A DNA stretch of 64,000 bases. Origin: Eledone cirrhosa. Taxonomy: Eukaryota. The stretch's first letter is position 1, and every line of letters starts with the position of its first letter. Location of the stretch: the NCBI GenBank assembly GCA_964016885.1, contig OZ024740.1, positions 420,608,001 through 420,672,000 on the forward strand, written 5' to 3'. Made by a program: the position numbers and the translations under genes. The notes below the pieces were generated by a model, which was not told the DNA's origin, searched no databases, and worked only from the letters and a program-made list of their open reading frames with translations. Of the stretch, positions 37,990-50,847 are shown one piece after another.

Positions 37990-39960
37990 ATATTTGTTTT
38001 CCTTTGTTTTTTTATGTCCTATCAACTAATCCAACCTCCAAAATGCTTGCAATTGACTATTTTTTTAGCATATTAACAACAAATATGATTTCCACTGCAA
38101 TTAAAAATGACTAGCTTTGTGAATGGTTTTTCCACCCACTTTCTGCCTTCATTTTTCTACAAAGCTAATCATTGACGATAGGTTTCAAAGTTATATTCAT
38201 TCATAATATGTGAAAAAAATAGTCAACTGCGAGCATTGGTGTGATGTAAATGGTAGGAGTAGGTGTTCTGTAATAAATTTACCATATAGTGAAGTATGGT
38301 TATGGTGAAGTATATGGTGTGGATTGGGGGAGATTAATGTGCTGTGGTGTGATTTGTTATAAGTGAGGATTTAAATTTCCACTTTGATTTATGTTAGAAA
38401 AAAAATTTTTCCTTCATTTTTGCATGCGCTATCAACTTCCAAGATGCTCGCAGTGGACTATGCTTTTAGCATATTAACAAAAAATATGACTTCCGCTGCA
38501 ATAAAAAATGACTAGCTTTGTAAATGTTATTTCCACCCACATCCTCCCTCTTTTTTCTACAAAGCTAGTCATTTTCATCAGGTTTCCATGTCATAACCAT
38601 TGATAATATGTGCATAAAATAGTAATTTGCGAGCACCATTTATGTCAAATTGGGTGGTAAGCACAGAAAAAAAAAAAAAAAAATTGCCAGATGAATATTT
38701 GTCACACCAAAATTAATAGCTTGGTGTGATGTAGTATGGTGTGGTTTGGTGAAGTTTCTACAAAGATAGTCATTTTCGACAGGTTTCCATGTCATAATTA
38801 TTGATTAGTGGAAAAAAAATAGTCAATTGGGAGCACCTTTAATGTCAGATTGGGTGGTAAGCACACACACAAAAATAAAAGGAAACGGGAAGAAAATGTT
38901 TCACAGCAAGATCAATAGCTTGGTGTGATGTAGTATGGTGTAACTTGGTATGGTGTGGTTTGGTTTGGTTTGGTGAAGTTATGAAATGGAAACCAATTGT
39001 AAACGATAGATTCCCATGTCATATTCATTGATAATGTGTGGGTAAAATAGTCATTTGCAAGCACCTTTGATGTTAGTTTGAGGTGGTAACCACAAAAAAA
39101 AAAAAAAAGCAGGTAGCAAATTTGTCACATTGATACCATGTTGTGATGTAAATGGTAGGAGTAGGTGTTCTGTAATAAATTTACCATAATATGGTGCTGT
39201 TTGATATGGTGTGGTTTGGGGTAGATTAATGTGCTGTGGTGTGCTTTGTTATAAGTAAGGAATTAAATTTCCACTTTGATTTATGTAAGAAAAAAATTTT
39301 TTCCTTCACTTTTGCATGTGCTATCAACTAATACAACTTCCAAGATGCTCACAGTAGACTATGCTTTTAGCATATTAACAAAAAATATGACTTCCGCTGC
39401 AATAAAAAGTGACTAGCTTTGTAAATGGTATTACCACCCACATCCGCCCTCTTTTTTCTACAAAGCTAGTTATTTTTGACAATTTTCCATGTCATAATTA
39501 TTGATATGTGCAAAAAATAGTCAATTGCAGCACCTTTGATGTCAGATTGGGTGGTAAGGACACACAAAAAAAAAAAAGAAACAGGAAGAAAATTTTTCAC
39601 ACTGAGATCAAAAGCATGGTGTGATGTAGAATGGTGCAGTTTGGATTGTTGTAGTTATGACATGGGAACCTATTGTAAATGATAGGTTTCCATGTTATAT
39701 ACATTGATAATGTGTAAAAAAATAGTCATTTGTGAGCACCTTTGATATCAGATTGGGTGGTAAGCACACACACACACAGAAAAAAAAAACAGGAAGAAAA
39801 ATGTTCTCACTGAGATTAATAGCATGGTGTGATGTAGTATGGTGTAGTTTGTTATGGTGTGATTTGGTTTGGTGTAGTTTGGTATGGTTTAGTTTGGTGT
39901 AGTTATAACATGGAAACCTATCATAAATTTACCAAGGTATGGTATAATCTGGTTTGGTGT
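37990..39960. repeat. tandem array of degenerate palindromic (MITE-like) units with GTGTG/GTTTG pentamer spacers
   Basis: AAATGACTAGCTTTGTA...TACAAAGCTAGTCATTT arms recur. 38240-39140 is duplicated at 39140-39950. Confidence 0.7.
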
Positions 39961-40082
39961 AGTGTAGGTTAGTGTGGTGTGGTGTGTTATTGTGTGGCAT
40001 GATTCTCTTTAAATTAAAATCATTAAAATGTAATGCCTATCTTCTATATCTTAAAGAGTGAGCTTAAATGTGATTGCAAATG

Positions 40083-43000
40083 ACTTTTTTCTCTGGATTA
40101 ATTTTAGATTTAGGGTTAGTGTTAGGGTAAGTTTTACTGTTAATGGTAAGTTTATTGTCAGTGACTGTGTTACTGTTAGCATTACTGTCACTGTTAGTGT
40201 TACTGTAACTGTTACTCTTACAGTTACTGTCTCCATCAGCGTTAGCATTTGCATAAGCGTCTATGTAAGCTTTTGTGTTAGTGTCTATGTAGACTGGTGT
40301 TAGCATCTGCGTTAGTGTTTGCGTAAGTGTCAGCATTTGCGTCAGCGTCTGCATTGGTAATAGTGATTGTGTCAGCATTTCCCTTAGCGTCTGAGTCAAC
40401 ATTAGTGTTAGCATTAGTGTTTGTTTCAGTGCCTGCTCCTACGTCAGCTTCTGAGTCAGCATTATCATTAGCGTCAGCACTTGTGTCAGTGTCAGCATTT
40501 CCCTCGGTGTCAGCGTTTGCATCAGCGTGCACGTCAGCATTTGCATTAGTGTTTGAGTCAGTGTTAGCATCAGCGTTTGCATTTGTGTAGGGGTTAGCAT
40601 TTGTGTCAGCATCCGCATTCACGTTAGCGTTTGCGACAGCGTTTCCTTTAACGTCTTTGTCAGCATTTCCGTTAGCGTCTGTGTCAGTGTTTCCGTTAGC
40701 TTCTACGTCAGTGTTTACGTTAGCGTCTGTGTCAGTGTTTCCGTTAGCTTCTATGTCAGCATTTCCGACCGCGTCTGTGTCAGCGTCAGTATTTACATCT
40801 ACATCAGCGTCAGCGTTTCAGTTAACGTCAGCGTTTACGTTAGCGTCTGTGTCAGCGTTTACGTTAGCGTCTGTCTGTGTTTACGTTAGCTTCTACGTCA
40901 GCGTTTCCGTAACGTGTACGTCAGCGTTTTCCGTTAGCATTAGTGTTTCCATTAACCTTTCCTGTGGCGTCCGCATCATTGCAGCGTCTGCATATCCCAT
41001 GTAAGCGTTAACTTCAGCATTTGCATCAGCGTTAGCCTTAGCCCTAGGGTCCGCATCAGCATTTGCGTTAGCGTCAGCATACATGTCAGCGCCGGCAATA
41101 CTGCCTCAACATTTGCGTCAGCGTTAGCTTGGCTTTGGCTTCAGCAATCCGCATCAGCAATTGCGTTTTGGAGATCAGCTTCGGCGGTAAGGGTAAACGT
41201 TAACTTCTACGCCTGCTTCTACGTAACAACTACGTCAGCGTTTTGTTAGCTTCTACGTCAGCATCTACGTTAGCTTCTACATCAGCTTCTACGTTAACAT
41301 CTACGTCATCGTTGCATTAGCTTCTACATCAGCATCTACATTAGCTTCTACGTCAGCATTTACATTTGCGTCTGTGTCAGCGTTTACGTTAGCTTCTACG
41401 TCATCATTTACGTTAGCGTCTGTGTCAACATGTTAGCATCTGTGTCAGCATTTATGTTAGCCCCTGCGTCAGTGTTTATATTAACATCTGCGTCAGTGTT
41501 AACGTGTGTTAACATCTGTGTCTGCATTTCATTAGTGTTTGCATCAGTGTTTCCTTTAGCTTCTACATCAATGTTTACGTCTGCATTAAGGTTCACATTA
41601 GCATCGCTGTCATCGTTTGCGTTTGCTTTAACATCTGCATCAACATTTGCGTCTGTGTTTGCATTAGTGTCTGCATTTGCTTTAGTGTTTGCATCAGCGT
41701 GAGCATTTGTGTCAGTGTCCATGTCAGCGTTAGAGTCTGTGTAGCATTTACATCAGCGTGTGCGTCAGAGTCTTTGTCAGCATTCGCCTATGCACCTGCA
41801 TCAGTATTCACGTTAGTGTTTGTGTCAGCGTAAGCGATTGTGTCAACATTTGCGCTAGCGTTTGTGCCAGCATAGCCATCTTCGTCAGTGTCAGCGTTGG
41901 CGTTAGTGTTAGTGTTTCCATTAGTGTTCGTGTTTGATTTTGTATTAGCATTTTTGTTAGTGTTAGTGTTCAGGTTAGTGTTAGTGTTTGTGTTAGTGTT
42001 CAGGTTAATGTTGACTTAGTTTTCTTGTTAGTGTTAGTTTTCAGATTAGGGCTCATGTTACTTTTAGTGTTAGTGCTCAGGTTAGTGGTTTATGGTAGTG
42101 TTAGTTTTAGTGGTAGTGTTAGTGTTCAGGTTAATGTCAGTTTTAGTGTTAGTGTTCAGGTTAGTGTTTACGGTAGTGTTAGTTTTAGTGTTAGTGTTAT
42201 TTTTTCCATTAGTGTTAGTGTTTTATTCTGTGTTAATGTTTGTGTTAGTGTTTCCATTAGTGTTAGTGCTAGTCTTTGTTTTTCTGTTAATGTTAGTGTT
42301 TGTTTTAGTGTTGAGGTTAATGTTAGCTTAGTTTTCTGGTTAGTATCAGTTTTCTTGTTAGTGTTAGTTTTCAAATTAGGGCTCATGTTACTTTTAGTGT
42401 TAGTGCTCAGGTTAGTGGTTTATGGTAGTGTTAGTTTTAGTGGTAGTGTTAGTGTTCAGGTTAATGTCAGTTTTAGTGTTAGTGTTCAGGTTAGTGTTTA
42501 CGGTAGTGTTAGTGTTATTTTTTCCATTAGTGTTAGTGTTTTATTTTGTGTTAATGTTTGTGTTAGTGTTTCCATTAGTGTTAGTGCTAGTCTTTGTTTT
42601 TCTGTTAATGTTAGTGTTTGTTTTAGTGTTGAGGTTAATGTTAGTTTAGTTTTCTGGTTAGTATCAGTTTTCGTGTTAGTGTTAGTGTTCAGGTTAGTGT
42701 TAGTGTTAATTTTTATGGTAGTGTTAGTGCTCAGATCAGTGTTAGTGTTTGTGTTACTGTTTATGGTAGTGTTTAGGTTAATGTTAGTTTTAGTGTAAGT
42801 GTTCAGGTTAGTGTTAGTTTTAGTGTTAAGGTTAGTGTTAGATATTGTGTTAGTGTTTGTTTTTGTGTTAATATGTGTTAGTATCTCTGTTAGCATTAGT
42901 GATTGATGCTTCCATTAGTGTTAGTGGTTGTGTTAGCATTAGTCTTTGTTTTTGTGTTAAGGTTAGTGTTAGTCTTTGTTTTTGTGTTAATGTTAGCATT

Positions 43001-44108
43001 AGTATTTCTGTTAGTGTTAGCATGAGTGTTTGTGTTAGTGTTCAGGTTAATGTTAGCTTAGTTTTCAGGTTAGTGTTAGCGTTCAAGTTAATGTTAGTTT
43101 TAGTGTTAGAGATTGTGTTAGTGTTTGTTTTTGTGTTAATATTTGTGTTAGTATCTCTGTTAGTGTAAGTGTTCAGGTTAGTGTTAGTGTTCAAGTTAAT
43201 GTTAGTGTTAGTTTTAGTGTTAGTATTTGTTTTTGTGTTAATATTTGTGTTAGTATCTCTGTTAGCATTAGTGTTAGTGATTGTGTTAGTGTTAGTCTTT
43301 GTTTTTGTGTTAAGGTTAGCGTTAATGTTAGCTTAGTTTTCAGGTTAGTGTTAGCGTTCAAGTTAATGTTAGTTTTAGTGTTAGAGATTGTGTTAGTGTT
43401 TGTTTTTGTGTTAATATTTGTGTTAGTATCTCTGTTAGCATTAGTGTTAGTGATTGTGTTAGTGTTAGTCTTTGTTTTTGTGTTAAGGTTAGCGTTAATG
43501 TTAGCTTAGTTTTCAGGTTAGTGTTAGCGTTCAAGTTAATGTTAGTTTTAGTGTTAGAGATTGTGTTAGTGTTTGTTTTTGTGTTAATATTTGTGTTAGT
43601 ATCTCTGTTAGCGTTAGTGTTTGTTTTAGTGTTGAAGTTAATATGAGCTTAGTTTTCTGGTTAGTATCAGTTTTCAGATTAGTGTTTGTGTTAGTGTTAC
43701 TTTTAGTGTTAGTGGTCAGGTCAGTGTTAGTGTTTATGGTAGTGTTAGTTTTAGTGCTAGTGTTCAGGCTAATGTTTGTGCTAATGTTAGTTTTAGTGTA
43801 AGTGTTCAGGTTAGTGTTAGTGTTTGTATTAGTGTTTACGGTAGTGTTAGTTTTAGTGCTGATGTTCAGGTTAGTGTTAGTGTCAGTTTTAGTGTTAGTG
43901 TTCAGGTTAGTGTTTGTGTTAGTTTTCTATTTAATGTTAGTTTTCAGATTTTGTGTTTGTGTTAGTTTTCATGTTAGTGCTAAGTTCACTGTTAGAGCAT
44001 GTGTGAGTGCAAGTGTTAGAGCATGTGTGAGTGCAAATGTTAGGGTAAGTTATTTTTAGAGTTCGGTTTTAGCTTAAAGTTAGGTTTTCTACTTTCCAGG
44101 AAAAAAGT
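40083..44108. repeat. 4-kb degenerate hexamer array (TTAGGG/TTAGTG/TCAGCG) bounded by short inverted termini
   Basis: 6-bp periodicity throughout. Ends ACTTTTTTCTCTGG ... CCAGGAAAAAAGT. Internal higher-order duplications, e.g. 42017-42346 vs 42347-42670. Confidence 0.85.
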
Positions 44109-44756
44109 TGATCCTCTCTAACTTGAGTGGTGTGATATAGTGTAGTAAAGTATAGTGTTTCATAGTCTTGTGTGGTGTTGTCTATTGTTGTATAGTGTAG
44201 TATGGTATATTGTTTCATAGCATGGTCTGATGTGAGGTCGTACAGTGTTTCGTAGTGTGGTGTTGGATAATGTGGTATGGTATAATGTTTGTCAGTGTGG
44301 TATGGTATGGTATAGGTTGAGGTAGTGTGGCTTAGTTTGATTATAATAATACAAATAATAATAACAATAATAATAGTAATAATAATTGTTCTTCTTGTTC
44401 ATTTTCTTTGTCTTCTTCTGTGCCTTTGACTTCTTCTGTGCCTTTGACTTCTTCTGTGCCTTTATCTTCTCCTCTGCCATCTAAATACCAAAAACAAAGA
44501 ATGTAAAACATATATGTTGCCTATCTCTCAGACTTTACAAAGTGCTGAGGAGATAAAGTTAATTTAAAGAGCAGTGTGCTCATGCACTGTGATCCTATAA
44601 TGTAGCTTATAAGCTATTTCATAACTAAAAAACAATGTCAAACATCAACAAAAGTATATACAAATATATATATATACTTTGAATGTAGTCATCTGCTTCA
44701 TCGTCTTTTTCTTCTTTTCCATCTAAATATAAAAAAAATTGTAAACAAATATATAG

Positions 44757-45792
44757 ATTTCTATTTATTGCCACTAGGGCGCAAAAGAAGGGGACAAATA
44801 CAAGGGGGGAGTTTACACAAAAAGGCGAGTAAAGAAAACAAATAAATATAAAATTAACAATAAAGTCCTCAATAGGGAGGGGGCGTTTGGGGGGGTCGCA
44901 CACACCTCCGAAAAAAGTGTGCAACCCCTTCTCCTCAGGATCACAGAGAGAGGGTGCTCCCACGTTCCTTCCTTTTTTCCACCTACAGGCTGATGTAGAG
45001 AGAAGGTGCATTCACACGGGCCATTCTCACCACTTTCACCCACCTTTCATAAAAACGACTGGGGTTGAGCATCTCTCTCCATCCTGATCTGTCTTCCGAA
45101 ATGATATCGGAAGAAACGGATCAGTTGTTGTCCAGAGAGAAAGGTGCCTGACCTGAGTCCTTTCAGACGCGTCCACCATACAACCTCTTTCACCATGGCT
45201 ATTACGCACAGAAACACCGCCTCTCCTTCATTTTTGAAGGGGGGAGGCTGCTTAATCGTTACAATGGCCTCGGTTGTCAACCGGATTGGTCCCACCCGTG
45301 ATAGTAGTCGTTCGACATAGCCCCACAGATCGGCTACGCCCGAGCAGTGTGCCAATGCGTGTGCAATGATTTCCTCGTCGCACACGCATCTGAGACAGAT
45401 CTTTTTGGCGGGGTCCCTACCTGGATGCCCGTGTCTGTAGAGCTTTTCTCGAACGGGTAGAGCCCCTCGGTAGCACTGCCAGGCCAGGGACTTCTGGAAG
45501 TTGCCCATAGGTCCCGGGCTGAATGTCCTACCGAACAGGCTGGCCAGTTCGTCTTCCTCCATGTCTAGGGCTTCTCCGAGGGCTTCGTCGCACCTGCTGC
45601 GTACCAGCCCTCTATAGAATGTCGCGGTGGAGTCTCCACTGATAACCGGGTCCACCTGCCAAAGGGCCATGAGCGCCTGGGCACACTCAGTGTGCCAGGC
45701 GCCCAGTTTTCTCGGTCTTTGCTTGACCCAGGATTGCAGCTCGGTGAGTGAGACGAGTCTGGGAAAGGTTCATCTCACAAACGTGGCCCACA
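44757..45792 (-). mobile_element. Tx1/L1-clade LINE 3' fragment
   Basis: ORF2 C-terminus with WQCYRGALPV and a CLRC...EIIAHALAHC zinc-knuckle (zf-RVT-like) motif; the 3' UTR ends in AATAAA. Confidence 0.8.
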
Positions 45793-46559
45793 CAAATATA
45801 TAGCTGATCTCTCAGACTTTCATGAAACACCGAGGAGATACAGTTAATATAACGAGTGCGGAGCTCATATATATATATATATATGGTATAGCATGGTGTT
45901 ATGTGGTCTGGTGTGGTACCACATGGTGTGATGTGGTGTGGTATGATATGGTGAGGCAGGGGAGGGGGGGACAACGTTAGATTAATGTTAACAATACACA
46001 TGTAGCATCCACATGTGATGAGAAGGGGGAAACAGTGTTTAACTAATTTTAACATTACATGTAGCATCCATCTACAGGTGATTAAGTTAAGACTGAGGTG
46101 TAATCATATGAAAAGGTCAATTTAAAACTACACTGAGATTCTGCTTAAAATGATGGTCAATGAAGTGTTTACTTACTCAGATCCTTTGAAATAACTTTCT
46201 TTCTCATACTGTAACTGGACATACCTACGAAATAGAAAACAGTCGAATAGACAGTGGTGTGGTGTAGTGGAGTGTGGTTTAGTGTAGTGGACAGTGGTGT
46301 GGTGTAGTGGAGTGTGGTTTAGTGTAGTGGACAGTGGTGTGGAGTGTGGTTCAATGTAGGGTGGGGGATATGGTGTAGTGGAGTGTGGTGGGATGTAGTG
46401 TGGTAGCATGTGGTGTGATGGCATGTGATGTGGCGTGGTGTGGTGAAATGTGATGTGATGTGATGAAATGTGGCGTGGTGAAATGTAATGTGATGTGATG
46501 AAATGTGGCGTGGCGAGGTGAGACGAGACGTGATGAGATGTGGTGTGATGTGATGTGAA

Positions 46560-47670
46560 ATTTGTTCATCCTATTTTTCATGTGCTATCAACTAATCCAA
46601 TCTCCAAGATGCTTGAAACTGACTTTTTCCCCCCAGGAAAACGGCGGGGTGAGGTGGTTCCCCCTTCACCCGGATAACCCCTGCTTACTCGGAATTTTCT
46701 CTTCGATTCTATTTTCATGCGTTATCAGTGAATATGACTTCCAAACCAGTCAAAAACAACTTGCTTTGGAGAAAGAGGAGGGAGGGGAAGAGTTTTGCAG
46801 ATATACACCCCACTCACATGTTGTGGGACTTAATCATTTTCGGTATATTCCCTGTGCTATTTCCTGTGCTATTTCCTATGCTATTTCCTATGCTATTTCC
46901 TGTGCTATTTCTTGTGCTATTAATTAATCTGACCTCCTAGATGCTTCCAACCAACTTATTTCTCTGGGTTAGGTTTAGGGTTGGGGTAATGTTTAGGATT
47001 AGTTTTAGGGTTGGGGTAAAGTTTAGGGTTTAGTTTTAGGTTTGGGGTAAAGTTTAGGGTTTAGTTTTAGGTTTGGGGTAATGTTTAGGGTCTAGTTTTA
47101 GGGTTGGGGTAAAGTTTAGGGTTTAGTTTTAGGTTTGGGGTAATATTTCGGGTCTAGTTTTAGGGTTGTGGTAATGTTTAGGGTTTTGTTTTATGGTTGG
47201 AGTATAGTTTAGGGTTTAGTTTAAGGGTTGGGGTAATGTTTATATTTAGATTTAGCTTGGTTTGGTTTAGATTTAGAGTTTAGGGTTAGGGCTAGATTTA
47301 ATTTTATGTTTAATTTAGTTTTAGTTTCCAAATCCCAGAAAAAAAATTGATTCAGAGCAACTAAAAGGTCAGATTAGTTGATAGCACTCAAAAGGAGACC
47401 GAAGAAAAATCATTAGGGTATATATCTACAAAACGACAATGGTTTTTTCCATCTGCTTTACCCCTCCTTTTTCCTAGAACAACTAATCATTTCCAACTGG
47501 TTTGGAGGTCATATTCGTTGATAACATACGAAAATTCTTAGAGAAAACTCTGGGGTTAAATGAGAGAAGTGCATCCACCTAAGTTTTCCATGAAGAGAGA
47601 GTCAATAACAAACATCTTGGAGTTCGGATTAGTTGATAACACATGAAAAAAAGATGAGGAAAAAATGTTG
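46560..47670. mobile_element. foldback-like element: long imperfect inverted arms around telomere-like repeats
   Basis: 46560-46968 is a diverged reverse complement of 47334-47670. The interior is a ~30-bp unit rich in TTAGGG/TTTAGG/TTGGGG. Confidence 0.7.
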
Positions 47671-48603
47671 GGTGTTATGTGGTGTGGAGTAGTGGGTGTG
47701 TTTTTATGTGGTGTGATGTAGTGAGGTGTGTTTTTATGTGGTGTGATGTAGTAAGGTGTGGTGTGTTGTGGTGTTATGTGGTGTGGAGTAGTGTGGTGTG
47801 TTGTAGTGAGGAGTGGTGTGTTTTGTTGTAGTGAGGAGTGGTGTGTTGTGTTGTTATGTGGTGTGGAGTAGTGTGGTGTAGTGTTGTATGTTTTTATGTG
47901 GTGTGGTGTGGTGTGGTGTGGTGTGATGTGCAGTGCACTGCGATGTGGTGTGGTGCAGTGCGGTGTGGTGCAGTGTGGTGTTGTGCAGTGCGGTGCAGTG
48001 AGGTTCTTCATCTTTATCTTTCTCTTCTTCATCTTTGTATTCATCTTCTTTGTTTTGTCTTCCATCTAAACAAAAAAAAATATATAACATTTAACACTTA
48101 ATATTTTACCATACTATTCAGATTTCATCTATATATATACAAATACATATATATATATTTACATTCATATATATACATACATACACACATATACATATAT
48201 ACAAATACACATATATATATATATATACATTCATATATATACAGACATACACACATATACATACATACACATATACATGCATATACATGCATATATATAC
48301 ACATATACATACATATACATATATACAATATGTATATATACATATATATACATGCATATATATACATATACAATATGTATAGGATTCCTTTCCCTTTGAG
48401 CACATAATTTACAGGGAATCACGCGACTCTATGGCTCCGTTAATTTATCTTCATATATATATACATACACACACACACATATATATATATATATACACAT
48501 ATGCATACACACACATATGCATACACACACATATATATATACATACACATATATATACACACACACACACATATATATACATACATATATATACATATAG
48601 ATT

Positions 48604-48746
<143 letters not shown>

Positions 48747-49220
48747 AAAGTACTTGACGATGAGCATTCTAGTTGTTCAATAAACTTATTGAATAATACA
48801 AACGATGTTTTAATATACAGATTCATTATTTGTGTATATATAATATATACAAAGCATATAAATAAATTTACAGTAGAATAACATAGCAAATATGTATTAA
48901 ATATATACATAAATAACATTACCAATGCTTAAATAACATTATAAATTGCTCGCGATTCTTTCAGAAGGATATATTCCTTTAATGTTGCAATATTAAAGAA
49001 AATATACGTATATATATACATACATATATTTATTCAACTAAGGAAAGTTGGTTGATTGAAAATCAAGAGATGACAAACACTCAACAGTTTATGTTTATCC
49101 GGAGTTTTATTATAATAATTGTTTCTACTTTGGCACAAGGCCAGCAATTACCCAGTGTATTACTGGTACTTTATTTTATCGACCCCATAAGGATGAAAGG
49201 CAAAGTTAACCTCGGCGGGT

Positions 49221-49492
49221 TATAATAATAAACAAGAAAGACGGTATCATTTTCCCATCCCTATTTATTTTATTATGCGTATTTCATTTGTATAACATCT
49301 GCCCTACGTGTTCTCATATCAACGGATATCAACGAATATCTCATATCAACGGATATTTACATCTTGCATGGATTTTTGTCGGAAGAAAACACGTAGGGCA
49401 GATATTATACAAATGACATATGTCTTCGAAATAAGTATAATAAAATAAATAGGGATGAACAAGTGATACCGTCTTTCTTCTTTATTATTATA
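49221..49492. repeat. ~90-105 bp inverted repeat
   Basis: 49221-49312 pairs with 49388-49492. Confidence 0.75.
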
Positions 49493-49508
49493 TATACACA
49501 CACACACA

Positions 49509-49536
<28 letters not shown>

Positions 49537-49540
<4 letters not shown>

Positions 49541-49965
49541 GTTGAAAAGGTAACACACTAGAGAGAGATATACAGCGCGCTAGCAATAAAACAGGGAAAA
49601 AAACACCAGTGTATGGAATCTATAACCTATGAAAGGCAGACTATAGACACGATAATTAAAAATATAAATTAAAGCGTAAATAAATACCTCTATAACTATA
49701 TAACACACGTACAAATCCAAAGAGATCTGTTTCGCCAGTAAGTTGTTGACAGAAATGGAATAACCCCGGTTCCTCAGCTTCAGACAACACTAAGAGAATT
49801 CTGGCGCCAAACTTTTCCTTTTGAAAGAAAAATTGCGCCAAACTTTTCCTTTTGAAAGAATAATGTGATTTGTCACGTGATTGTATTCACGTGATATTAC
49901 CTCTAAATATGTGAATACGTACACAGCATTCTCCTCACGAAGGGCGAGAATGGCGATCGCAAACA
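49537..49965 (-). mobile_element. ~430-bp dispersed repeat, probable Penelope-like pseudo-LTR
   Basis: Second copy at 63385-63820; carries a hammerhead-like motif; flanked by (TA)n. Confidence 0.55.
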
Positions 49966-49996
49966 TATATACATATACACACAAACACATACACAC

Positions 49997-50033
<37 letters not shown>

Positions 50034-50618
50034 GCAGAAACACACACATACAATAACGATGAGTACTACGATTCTGGAGGAGCGAATGATGGAGAATATG
50101 AAGCTCTCTGCCGCAGAATAAATGGTATTTAATTTTAATAATTATACTAATAATATATATATATATTTCTTAATTGAATTGATTATCATTATCGTTTTTA
50201 TGGCAAAAGATAGACAGAGAGGAAAAGAGGTAGACAGAGGGAAAGATTTTGACATATATATATATGATAGAAAGAAGAGAAAAAAACGAGACCCTTAGAA
50301 ACGAATAAGAGTCATCAAAGCGATCATATGTATTGCTTTAAACTGTAATGCGAAGGGATACACTAGTATTTGAGGTACCATCATTTCGGATTTTAACCCT
50401 CGTACTTTTCCCTCCCGGTTTTGAAATTTAGGGAAAATTTAGGGGTGACTGGGAATATTACATAATGTAGGGATTTTCTTTTTTTTTTCTATCATTTCTT
50501 ATTTATGTATTTATATATTTATTTATCTACTCTCGTGATTGATATTCCGACAAATGTTAGGGGTGTATTTTGGTTTTTTATTATGTCAGGTATAGCATCC
50601 AAAAATTTCTCCCTTCGC

Positions 50619-50678
<60 letters not shown>

Positions 50679-50680
50679 AA

Positions 50681-50755
50681 CACAATGTCCCCAAAAATGT
50701 AACACACTTCAACAGCAAAGTAATCAAAGTGTGTATATATTTTGGAGGGGACACC

Positions 50756-50758
<3 letters not shown>
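50681..50758. mobile_element. mini-MITE in (TA)n
   Basis: CACAATGTCCCCAAAAATGTAACACACTT / AAGTGTGTATATATTTTGGAGGGGACACCGTG imperfect TIRs. Confidence 0.55.

Positions 50759-50847
<89 letters not shown>

Noticed and set aside
40051-44059. Ala/Asp/Asn/Thr-rich and Val/Leu-rich ORFs resembling antifreeze or membrane proteins
   Set aside because: Products of hexamer periodicity, with frequent frame breaks and no splice or domain evidence.
46967-47300. True telomere
   Set aside because: Short, degenerate, internal and enclosed by inverted arms.
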